Part shown: one piece after another, positions 8,286-16,086 of the stretch
Position numbering within the stretch: the first letter of the stretch is position 1
How the letters are laid out: the number at the start of each line of letters is the position of its first letter
Source: Candidatus Scalindua sp.
GTDB taxonomy: Bacteria; Planctomycetota; Brocadiia; Brocadiales; Scalinduaceae
Length of the DNA: 32,000 bases
Direction: 5' to 3'
NCBI GenBank assembly: GCA_021777035.1
Contig: JAIQZR010000138.1
Coordinates: forward strand, 1-32,000
The notes under the pieces: model-generated
What the model was told of the DNA's origin: nothing
Database searches by the model: none
The model's input: the letters and a program-made list of their open reading frames with translations, nothing else
Position numbers and translations under genes: made by a program

Positions 8286-8325
8286 GTTATTGCTTAGATT
8301 GTTTCTCAAAAAAGAAGTCAAAAAG

Positions 8326-8407
8326 CAAATCCCCCCTCCCCGGACAAACTGTGCCGAGGACTTTACTCCCCTTTAGTCAAAGGAGAATAAGGGGGGATTT
8401 GTTTTTT
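8326..8407 (+). terminator. Terminator-like structure: 11-bp stem closing a 54-nt interior, followed by T6
   Basis: CAAATCCCCCC (8326-8336) pairs with GGGGGGATTTG (8391-8401), followed by TTTTTT (8402-8407). It lies between the radical SAM gene and the KS gene. Confidence 0.5.
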
Positions 8408-8478
8408 GTAAAATATGGCTAAAGTACGTTGGGTACTGGAAACCCCTGTGTTTTTTGATTTTTCACAAAGGATTAAAT

Positions 8479-9687
8479 ATGCCTAGAGTTGTTGTCACCG
8501 GTTTAGGATTAGTAATCGCTAATGGTATTGGTGTTACAAATGCGTGGAATGCCCTCATGAATGGCGAAGATGGCACTGCAGAGTTAAGATCCTTTGACAC
8601 ATCACAATATAAAGTACATCGTGCGTGCGAGGTAAAAGGTTTCGAAGTTGATACTGTCTTTGAAAACGAAACTACGGCAAACACAATACACAAATATACA
8701 TACACTGCTGCAAAAGAGGCGTTGGAAGATAGTGGTCTGAGTGATATTACAGAACGCAACAGAGAAAGATTTGGTATTGCAATCGGGACTCTTGCCGGAG
8801 AACTGCCTCCGTTTGAATACCTGTTACGCAACACACCTGAAGATAAAGCCAACGGCTTTGATATGGGTGTTGCTCTGACATATCCACCATCTTCTATTAC
8901 CACACTGCTCTCTGAAGATTTTGGATTTGAAGGGCCTAACATGGTATCACTAAATGCCTGCTCTTCAGGCAACCACGCTATCGCCTGGGCATTAGACCTT
9001 TTATACGAAGGAAAAGTTGATGTAATGCTGGTAGGCGGTGGTGAACTTATCCCACAAACAGAGTTTACGCATTTTCATAATCTGAAGGCGCTGGCACCTG
9101 AAAAGTGCCAGCCATTTGATAAAGAGAGAAAAGGTCTGATAATAGGAGAAGGTGCAGGAATAATGGTGTTAGAGACACTGGCTTCCGCTTCTAAAAGAGA
9201 TGCTAAAATTTATGCTGAATTAAAAGGCTATGGCATGAGCTGTGACGGACACCATATGACGGCCCCACATCCTGAAGGGGCAGGCGCAGTAGTGGCGATG
9301 TCAAATGCACTTTCCATGGCTAAAATGTCTTACAAAGACGTGGATTACATCAATGCGCATGGAACAGGGACTCCTTTAAATGACAGAATGGAGACCATGG
9401 CCATAAAGTCTGTGTTTAAAGAGCGTGCAAAGAGAATTCCAGTTAGCTCTATTAAATCTATGATAGGCCATACAATGGGTGCGGCCAGTGCAATAGAATC
9501 TGTGGTTAGTTGCCTGGCAATTAAAAACAACGAGGTTCCACCCACCATACACTATGAGGCACCTGATCCTGAGTGTGATCTGGATTATGTGCCAAATAAA
9601 GGACGCAAAACTGAAGTCAACTGTGTTATAAACAACTCATTTGCATTTGGCGGAAATAATGTCACGAATATTTTTAGTAGATTATAG
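8479..9687 (+). CDS. Beta-ketoacyl-ACP synthase II-like condensing enzyme (FabF family, catalytic triad intact)
   Basis: Active-site Cys in NACSSGNHA (TGC at 8959-8961). His in DGHHMTAP and NAHGTGTPLND. Also KSMIGHTMGAASAIE and NSFAFGGNN. The preferred start is MPRVVVTGLG at 8479, with AAAGGA upstream; the track ORF starts at 8455 with TTG. Confidence 0.9.
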   Translation: MPRVVVTGLGLVIANGIGVTNAWNALMNGEDGTAELRSFDTSQYKVHRACEVKGFEVDTVFENETTANTIHKYTYTAAKEALEDSGLSDITERNRERFGIAIGTLAGELPPFEYLLRNTPEDKANGFDMGVALTYPPSSITTLLSEDFGFEGPNMVSLNACSSGNHAIAWALDLLYEGKVDVMLVGGGELIPQTEFTHFHNLKALAPEKCQPFDKERKGLIIGEGAGIMVLETLASASKRDAKIYAELKGYGMSCDGHHMTAPHPEGAGAVVAMSNALSMAKMSYKDVDYINAHGTGTPLNDRMETMAIKSVFKERAKRIPVSSIKSMIGHTMGAASAIESVVSCLAIKNNEVPPTIHYEAPDPECDLDYVPNKGRKTEVNCVINNSFAFGGNNVTNIFSRL

Positions 9688-9735
9688 AGAAAAAGTATAT
9701 AGCCACCAAGGCCCTAAGACACAAAGTAAAAATAA

Positions 9736-10128
9736 ATGCACTTTAAACCACTTTCTACAAGACAGGAAGGAATAGCAAAGAAAATTGTTGACGCAGCATA
9801 TTGTGTGCATAAGGAATTGGGTTCTGGTTTACTTGAAAAAGTGTATGAAGCTTGTTTTTGTCACGAGCTTAAAAAAAGGGATCTTTCCTATAGGAGACAG
9901 GTAGAAATTCCAATTGTGTATGACGGTATAACTTTAGAAGAGGGGCTAAGATTAGATGTATTGGTTGAGGATCTTATCATTTGTGAACTTAAGGCAGTTG
10001 ATAATATGAATCCTGTTTGGGAAGCACAGGTATTAAGCCATTTAAAGCTGGCAGACAAACGTTTAGGCTTCCTTATTAATTTTAATGAAAGATACGTAAA
10101 AGATGGTATCAGGCGTATAATTCTTTAA
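9736..10128 (+). CDS. GxxExxY family protein (PD-(D/E)XK-like), inserted between the two KS genes
   Basis: 130 aa. The defining motif is GSGLLEKVYE (G-x2-E-x2-Y). Further matches: PIVYDG, LDVLVEDLIICELKAV, GFLINFN. Confidence 0.85.
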   Translation: MHFKPLSTRQEGIAKKIVDAAYCVHKELGSGLLEKVYEACFCHELKKRDLSYRRQVEIPIVYDGITLEEGLRLDVLVEDLIICELKAVDNMNPVWEAQVLSHLKLADKRLGFLINFNERYVKDGIRRIIL

Positions 10129-10158
10129 TTTTTTAGTGTCTTAGTGGCAAAAAAATAG

Positions 10159-11388
10159 ATGAATAAAAGGGCCGTAATTACTGGTATTGGAGTTGTGTCT
10201 CCGTTAGGTATCGGGCATCAGGATTTCTGGAATAACCTGGTTTCAGGCAGTTCCTCTATAGCGCCAATAGAGTGCCTTGATCTATCAAAGTATGAATGTA
10301 AAAACGGAGCAGAAGTTAAGGGGCTAAACCCGGAAGAGTTTTTAGGACGTAAAGGTTTAAGGTATCTTAACAAAGGGACTAAATTCCTGGGATCCAGCGC
10401 GAAACTGGCGGTAGATGACGCAAGACTCGAAATAGATGAAGAGCTGTCAAACCATACCGGGATCCTCATCGGCACTTCCCTTGGAAATTTCTCACAGACC
10501 ACAGATTATTTTCACGACATCATCATGGAAGGCCCATCAGAACTATCACCTATGCAGAGCTACGATGTCGCCCTGAACTCTTCCGTAAACTACGTCTCAG
10601 TATTTTTCAAGATGAAGAGTTTCGCCAGGACTATCTCCTCAGGCTTTACATCAGGTACCGATGCGATTGGAAATGCCGTTAAACTTGTACAGAATGGAAA
10701 AGCAAAAGTAATCATAGCCGGTGGAGTCGAGCAGATCTCATTGGATCTTTATATGATTTTTTATCTGAGAAAGATGCTGGCTGGAACTAATGATACCGGA
10801 AACGAGATCAGCATGCCCTTTGACAAAAGAAGAAATGGTTTTATTATGAGTGAAGGCAGTTATGTTTTCGTAGTGGAAGAGTATGACCACGCCTTAAATC
10901 GAGGAGCAAGAATATACGGTGAAATTTCCGGCTATGGCAGCCTCTTTTCTGGCAGCAGGAAAAGCGATACTGAAAACAGAATTAAAAAAGCCGGTAACAC
11001 AATGAAATTATGTATCGATGATGCGGGGATATCCCCAGACGACATAGATTTGATTAACGCAAACGGAAATTCCGGCAAGATGTCAGACCTCATAGAATCA
11101 AAGGCTATCAAAGGGTTGTTTGGAAAGAGAGGCGAAGAGATCCCTGTTCACGCCGTCAAATCAACCTTAGGAGAGAGTTACGGTGCATCCGGGGCAGCAC
11201 AGACAGTATCCGCTTTGCTTTCCATAAACAATGGATTGGTACCCCCTACCATTAATTACGAAGAAAAAGATCCTGAATGCAATCTGAATATTGTTGATGC
11301 AAAGCTCGAAAAGGATATCAATACAGTGCTCATTAATTCGTTTGATTTATCGGGAAACAACTCTTGCCTGGTTGTTAAGAAGGCATAG
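10159..11388 (+). CDS. Ketosynthase homologue lacking the Cys-His-His triad (chain-length-factor / KS-beta-like partner)
   Basis: The thiolase/KS fold is conserved throughout (VITGIGVVSPLG, IIAGGVE, PFDKRRNGFIMSEG, VPPTINYEEKDPEC, INSFDLSGNN). Hand alignment to E. coli FabF gives Cys->Phe (GFTSG; TTT at 10645-10647), His->Arg (GSRKSD) and His->Asn (INANGNSG). Confidence 0.85.
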   Translation: MNKRAVITGIGVVSPLGIGHQDFWNNLVSGSSSIAPIECLDLSKYECKNGAEVKGLNPEEFLGRKGLRYLNKGTKFLGSSAKLAVDDARLEIDEELSNHTGILIGTSLGNFSQTTDYFHDIIMEGPSELSPMQSYDVALNSSVNYVSVFFKMKSFARTISSGFTSGTDAIGNAVKLVQNGKAKVIIAGGVEQISLDLYMIFYLRKMLAGTNDTGNEISMPFDKRRNGFIMSEGSYVFVVEEYDHALNRGARIYGEISGYGSLFSGSRKSDTENRIKKAGNTMKLCIDDAGISPDDIDLINANGNSGKMSDLIESKAIKGLFGKRGEEIPVHAVKSTLGESYGASGAAQTVSALLSINNGLVPPTINYEEKDPECNLNIVDAKLEKDINTVLINSFDLSGNNSCLVVKKA

Positions 11389-11756
11389 AATCTACTAAAT
11401 CAGCTTTTAAACATAATATTGGAATAAATAATCCGGCACATTTCTCCCGACACCATTCTCGGGGTTTGAGATTATGAAGCGGTCAATACAATATTCAAAT
11501 TGCAGAAATATGGCCGTATTCTTATCAGGAGTACTATGTACATTCCAATTCCTACAATTTGTCAATCTTGCACTTGCTTTTGTAATCACTTTTGTTCATA
11601 ATGCTAGATGTAGGCTTAGGTAGGTTTGCGTTTTTAGCACTTGATAGATTGCCTAACTTGGACATGTAAGTAACTTTTCAGTATTTTGAAAAATCACTAA
11701 AAAAAGTGCAGAATGTCGAGTCTGAATAAGAAAAATGTAGGGGCTGTTTCCCAAAC

Positions 11757-11807
11757 AGTCTTTATTTGTACGGCTCGTTTTCTAAACGAGCCGTACAAAT
11801 AAAGACT
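11757..11807. repeat. Perfect 24-bp inverted repeat (hairpin with 3-nt loop) immediately upstream of the reductase gene
   Basis: AGTCTTTATTTGTACGGCTCGTTT (11757-11780) is the exact reverse complement of AAACGAGCCGTACAAATAAAGACT (11784-11807). A second small hairpin, CTGTTT-CCC-AAACAG (11744-11758), overlaps its 5' edge. Confidence 0.8.
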
Positions 11808-11822
11808 CTCTCTAAAAACAAT

Positions 11823-13850
11823 ATGAGTAAATTATTTACACCAATAAAAATTTGTAATTTAGAGATCAAGAACCGACTGGCCATGTCAGCAATGGATCTC
11901 GGCTTTACCTCAAATGGTTCTATAAACAATCGGTTTATAGATTTTTATGTAGAACGTGCTCGCGGAGGTGTAGGGTTAATTGTAGTGGGCGGATGCTATC
12001 CGGAAATGACCGGCAAGGTTTGGAAGAGCATAATTGGCCTGGACAAAGATGAATTTATTCCGGGTTTAAAGAAGCTAACCGATACGATACACAAATATGA
12101 TGTTAAGATTGCAGCACAAATACTTCACGGAGGGAGAAGCGCATCTTCATTTTTTTCAAAAACCCACCCAGTATCACCATCAAGCCTTTCACATATCAAC
12201 ATAAAGCAGAAACCACACGCCCTGACCATACCTGAAATAAAGAAAGTAATAGATGGCTATGTTACTGCCACAATAAGGGTAAAGAAGGGAGGGTTTGATG
12301 CAGTAGAGATACACGGCGGCATGGGCTATCTTATCAACCAGTTTCTTTCAAGAGCAACTAACAAGAGAAAAGATAGATATGGTGGCAGTCTCAAGAACAG
12401 GATAAGATTTGCGAAAGAGATAGTTGTAGCCATAAAGAAAAAAGTGGGGAAAAAATATCCTGTAATCTTCCGCTTATCGGGTGAAGATTTTGTAGATGAT
12501 GGGCTCAAAATAGATGAAAGTATTGAGATTGCGAAAGAACTGGAGAAAGCAGGTGTGGATGCATTCAATGTTTCACCCGGCTGGCATGAGAGCCGAACTC
12601 CCATAATGCTTATGGCTATTCCAAGAATGTCATATATCTTTCTGTCTGAAAAGATTAAAGACAATGTAAATGTACCTGTTATCGGATCCGTGAGAATAAA
12701 TGACTTGGCCCTGGCAGAGGAAGTTATTGATAATGACCGTTCAGACATTGTTTCAATAGGAAGGCCCTTAATAGCAGACCCGGAATTACCAAAAAAATAT
12801 AAGAAAAAGCAGTTTGATGATATCAGAAGATGCATTGCCTGTAACCAAGGTTGTTTTGATTCCTTGTTAGGTTTCAAATCTGTCAGCTGTTTATATAATG
12901 TCAGAGCTGGCAAAGAGAGTGAATTCAAGATCAGGAAGGCGAAGAAAAAGAAAAAAGTAATGGTTATTGGCGGCGGACCGGGAGGTATGGAGGCAGCAAG
13001 AATTGCCGCTTTAAGAGGTCATGACGTACATTTATTTGAGAAAGCAGATGTGCTTGGTGGTCAATTAAGATATGCTTATATACCGCCGGGAAGGGAAGAG
13101 ATAGAAAATGTTATCATATTTCTGGAAAATCAGATAAGGAAATTAAATGTAAATATACAGCTTTGCAAAAAAGTAGATACAAAAACGATAAAGGATTTAA
13201 AGCCGGACGTTGTAATCGCAGCGACAGGGGGGAAGCCTCTTATTCCTGAGATTTCTGGTGTTAAAGAGAAGAATGTTGTTGTAGCTGAAGACGTATTTGA
13301 CAATAAAGTAAAGGTTGGTCAAGACGTCGTAATTATAGGCGGAGGCACTATCGGTTGCGAAATCGCCCTTCACACGGCAAAGATGGGGGCAATGGAACCG
13401 GAAGTTGCCTGCTTTCTTTTAAAAAACAGAGTTATTAGTGGAGATGAAGCCATAGGACTTACTTCAAAGGGAAAACGAAATATCACTATTCTGGAAATGA
13501 AAAATAAAATTGGTGGAAAGTTTGGCATCTCAACCAGATGGGTTATCATGAAGCAGGTGCAGGATGCCGGCATTAACAGTATTACCGGAATAAAAGTAAA
13601 AAATATATCGACTAAAGCTAAATCAAAAAAAGAGAAGGATAAAGTCTGCGTAACTTTTGAAAAGGAAAATAAAAATACGAAGATTTATGCGGATACGGTT
13701 ATCATCGCCGCAGGATACAAATCCAACCAGGATCTTACCAGAAAATTAAACGGTACGATTAACGAACTATATAAAATAGGAGATTGCGTAGAGGTCAGGA
13801 CGGCACTCGAAGCGATCCATGAAGGGTTTGAAGTAGGATTGAAGATTTAA
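11823..13850 (+). CDS. FadH-like 2,4-dienoyl-CoA reductase / Old-Yellow-Enzyme-family flavoprotein with Fe-S and FAD/NAD(P) domains
   Basis: N-terminal OYE TIM-barrel (LKNRLAMSAMD, HGGMGYLINQFLS, RYGGSL). 4Fe-4S motif RRCIACNQGCFD. Two Rossmann motifs, VMVIGGGPGGMEAA and VVIIGGGTIGCEIA. The preferred start is MSKLFTPI at 11823; the track ORF begins at a TTG at 11766 inside the hairpin. Confidence 0.85.
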   Translation: MSKLFTPIKICNLEIKNRLAMSAMDLGFTSNGSINNRFIDFYVERARGGVGLIVVGGCYPEMTGKVWKSIIGLDKDEFIPGLKKLTDTIHKYDVKIAAQILHGGRSASSFFSKTHPVSPSSLSHINIKQKPHALTIPEIKKVIDGYVTATIRVKKGGFDAVEIHGGMGYLINQFLSRATNKRKDRYGGSLKNRIRFAKEIVVAIKKKVGKKYPVIFRLSGEDFVDDGLKIDESIEIAKELEKAGVDAFNVSPGWHESRTPIMLMAIPRMSYIFLSEKIKDNVNVPVIGSVRINDLALAEEVIDNDRSDIVSIGRPLIADPELPKKYKKKQFDDIRRCIACNQGCFDSLLGFKSVSCLYNVRAGKESEFKIRKAKKKKKVMVIGGGPGGMEAARIAALRGHDVHLFEKADVLGGQLRYAYIPPGREEIENVIIFLENQIRKLNVNIQLCKKVDTKTIKDLKPDVVIAATGGKPLIPEISGVKEKNVVVAEDVFDNKVKVGQDVVIIGGGTIGCEIALHTAKMGAMEPEVACFLLKNRVISGDEAIGLTSKGKRNITILEMKNKIGGKFGISTRWVIMKQVQDAGINSITGIKVKNISTKAKSKKEKDKVCVTFEKENKNTKIYADTVIIAAGYKSNQDLTRKLNGTINELYKIGDCVEVRTALEAIHEGFEVGLKI

Positions 13851-13854
13851 TATT

Positions 13855-14673
13855 ATGAAAGATATTCGAATGAATCGTGGCGACAACTCCGGTTATGACC
13901 ATCTGGAATTTGAAGAGATAGCGTCTGATAATGGTAAGAAAATAGGAATTATTTACTTGAACAAACCTGACAGGAACTCTTTGGGTTCCTGGTTACTGGA
14001 CGCTATATATGAGAAAATGGATCAGTACGAAAATGATGAAAAGGTTGGAGCCATTATTATTGCCAGTAAGTTAAGAGGGGTATTTTGTGACGGTGTAGAC
14101 CGCGAAGAGTTATTTGGGTCATGGATTTCAGATCTGGTAGCAAAGAAAGACTACGAACGGTTCCATCGTTCCTACGAGATGCTTGTTGAAATGGAAAATT
14201 GCCAGAAACCGGTTATTGCCGCAATTAATGGCATTGCAATAGGAGCAGGGATAGAACTTGCAATGTTATGTGATCTGCGTATTGCATCAGAACTCGCATT
14301 TTTCAATCTGCCTGAAGCAAAGCCGGAACTTGGCATTATTCCGGCGCTGGGCACAACACAACGTTTACCGCGGCTAATTGGCCATGCACGTGCAAAAGAG
14401 ATGCTGTTTCTTGGCAAGATGGTTCGTGCAAAAACCGCATTGGAATGGGGTTTAGTCAACCAAATTGTTCCACACAAAGAGGTCTTGAATCAAGCCATAG
14501 AAATGGCAAAAGTGCTGCTGGAGAGAGAGACTGGAGTACTAATAGAAATGAAAAAATGTGTCAATTTTGCAGTTGAAAATGATATTACAAAAGGTCTGGA
14601 ATACGAGGTCAGTGTATTCGCTAAAATGATGCGACTGAAACTGGCGGAAAAGGAGATTACCGTCGAATCGTAA
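13855..14673 (+). CDS. Enoyl-CoA hydratase/isomerase (crotonase) family protein
   Basis: Crotonase signature AAINGIAIGAGIELAMLCDLRIAS, plus PEAKPELGIIPALGTTQRLPRLIG. The start is 4 nt after the upstream stop. Confidence 0.88.
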   Translation: MKDIRMNRGDNSGYDHLEFEEIASDNGKKIGIIYLNKPDRNSLGSWLLDAIYEKMDQYENDEKVGAIIIASKLRGVFCDGVDREELFGSWISDLVAKKDYERFHRSYEMLVEMENCQKPVIAAINGIAIGAGIELAMLCDLRIASELAFFNLPEAKPELGIIPALGTTQRLPRLIGHARAKEMLFLGKMVRAKTALEWGLVNQIVPHKEVLNQAIEMAKVLLERETGVLIEMKKCVNFAVENDITKGLEYEVSVFAKMMRLKLAEKEITVES

Positions 14674-14750
14674 AATCCATAGAGCAGAGCATTATAATCG
14701 ATAACAACAAATTCTTGTTTTTTTAATAATGATTTCCCGGAGGAAATACT

Positions 14751-15494
14751 ATGAGTATGAGTAACAAGACGGCGATAGTAACAGGTGGTACAAGAGGTAT
14801 AGGAAAAGCGATAGTACTTGAACTGGCAAAAAACGGATGCAATGTTGCCTTTAACTATAGTAAGAGTGATGACCTGGCAAATGAACTCGTAAAGGAGATA
14901 GAAGCACTTGGAGTCAAGGCCATGGCAAAGAAGGCGGATGTATCCGATTTTGAAAGTGCTAAAGATATGATTAAAGAGGTTAAGGATGAGTTTGGTCAGA
15001 TCGATTATCTGGTTAACAATGCTGGAATAACGAGAGACAAACTGCTTGCCCTGATGAAAGAAAATGACTGGGATGACGTGATTAATATAAACCTGAAAAG
15101 TGTGTATAATTTTTCTAAGGCGGTAATCATGACCATGATCAAGCAGAAAAGAGGAAACATACTCAACATAACCTCTGTCAGCGGAATTGCGGGCGTTGCA
15201 GGCCAGACCAACTACTCAGCTTCCAAAGCGGGAATGATTGGCTTCACAAAGGCCCTTGCAAAGGAAGTTGGTAAGGCAAAAATTAATGTTAACGCCATTG
15301 CGTGCGGATTTATAGAAACAGACATGACTTCAGAGCTTCCTGAAGAGTACAAGCAGAAGATGATAGATATGACTGCACTAAAGCGATTCGGCACAACTGA
15401 CGACGTAGCAAAAACAGCCAGATTTTTACTATCAGACGACGCAAAATATATTACCGGACAGGTATTGTCTATCGATGGAGGATTGGCGTTATAA
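14751..15494 (+). CDS. fabG: 3-oxoacyl-ACP reductase (SDR family, FabG-like)
   Basis: VTGGTRGIGKA (TGxxxGxG), NNAGITRD, catalytic YSASKAG (YxxxK), GQVLSIDGG. GGAGG Shine-Dalgarno upstream. Confidence 0.9.
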   Translation: MSMSNKTAIVTGGTRGIGKAIVLELAKNGCNVAFNYSKSDDLANELVKEIEALGVKAMAKKADVSDFESAKDMIKEVKDEFGQIDYLVNNAGITRDKLLALMKENDWDDVININLKSVYNFSKAVIMTMIKQKRGNILNITSVSGIAGVAGQTNYSASKAGMIGFTKALAKEVGKAKINVNAIACGFIETDMTSELPEEYKQKMIDMTALKRFGTTDDVAKTARFLLSDDAKYITGQVLSIDGGLAL

Positions 15495-15550
15495 ATACAT
15501 ATAATTGTTGCGAGTTGCAGGTTTAATAATATGAAAGGAGTTTATACAAA

Positions 15551-15862
15551 ATGCTCTTCTTATTAAAAGTTCAAATAAAAAAGATACCTGATATGCCTGT
15601 GAAGGATTTCCTGGGATTTGTAGTCAAGGAGTGGGAATATTTTATCAGGATGAGAAAAAGAGGCAGGATCCTTGCAGGCGGGAAACTGGCCGGTAGCAGA
15701 GGTGCTGCCGCCATTATTGAAGTTGATTCCAATGAAGACCTTGATCAACTCGTATCAAATCTACCACTCTTTCCATTTTTCACTGACATAGAAATAACCC
15801 CACTCGTCCCTACAGACAAAGCGTTGCTCGATGTTAAACGCATCCATTCACTTATGAAGTAA
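15551..15862 (+). CDS. Muconolactone delta-isomerase-like small protein
   Basis: 103 aa. The N-terminus MLFLLKV..., the central GGKLAGSRGAAAIIEVDSNEDLDQLVSNLPLFPF and the length fit the MIase (ferredoxin-like) family. AAAGGAG Shine-Dalgarno upstream. This is a recalled pattern match and is less certain than its neighbours. Confidence 0.6.
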   Translation: MLFLLKVQIKKIPDMPVKDFLGFVVKEWEYFIRMRKRGRILAGGKLAGSRGAAAIIEVDSNEDLDQLVSNLPLFPFFTDIEITPLVPTDKALLDVKRIHSLMK

Positions 15863-15949
15863 GAAATACATATGGCTAAACTTTCAGACTTTGTAACCAA
15901 TGGTTCGAAAAAAAAATAACCTGTCGATCAGGTGATATTGCACAAAATT

Positions 15950-15993
15950 ATAGTAGGACGGATGGCAATGCCAACCATCCTACTATTTATTTA
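15950..15993. terminator. Putative bidirectional terminator between convergent genes
   Basis: Imperfect hairpin ATAGTAGGACGGATGG ... CCATCCTACTAT (about 12 bp with a 4-nt bulge), flanked by A/T runs on both sides. Confidence 0.4.
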
Positions 15994-16086
15994 TAAGCAA
16001 TTTTTTGAGGTTTATTTCTAACATCATCCCGAAAATCAAAACAAAGCTATTACTGAAACGTTATCAGACTAAAAATTGAAATTACA

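Noticed and set aside
8455-8478. N-terminal extensions given by the ORF track (8455 for KS1, 11766 for the reductase, 26773 for the 710-aa gene, 30459 for the rhodanese, 3036 for OrfA, 6142 for hicA)
   Set aside because: Where checked (8455, 11766, 26773), the extension starts at a non-ATG codon. In each case the extension adds non-homologous residues ahead of a canonical family N-terminus. For KS1, the rhodanese and OrfA the internal ATG also has a better Shine-Dalgarno sequence, so I preferred the internal ATG starts.
8408-8478. Sigma-54 type promoter (TGGC...TTGG) upstream of KS1
   Set aside because: The spacing between the GG and the downstream element is 7 nt rather than the required 5, and the -12 element is not TTGC.
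6826-9548. Minus-strand ORFs overlapping the radical SAM and KS genes (6826-7059, 6915-7496, 7127-7468, 7616-7927, 8463-8972, 9345-9548)
   Set aside because: They are antisense shadows of well-supported plus-strand genes and contain no motifs.
11407-11626. 60-aa minus-strand ORF, and a 50-aa hydrophobic plus-strand ORF (ATG 11474 to TAG 11626), in the intra-cluster gap; also checked as a possible missing ACP
   Set aside because: Neither contains an ACP-like DSL/Ser motif or any other signature. They overlap each other on opposite strands. The plus-strand peptide could be a small membrane protein, but the evidence is insufficient.
11600-11665. Possible second copy of the MITE terminal repeat (TTAGGTAGGTTTGCG versus TTAGGTTTTTGCG)
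   Set aside because: There is only partial similarity over about 13 nt, with no matching inverted partner or target duplication. It is likely chance in AT-rich sequence.
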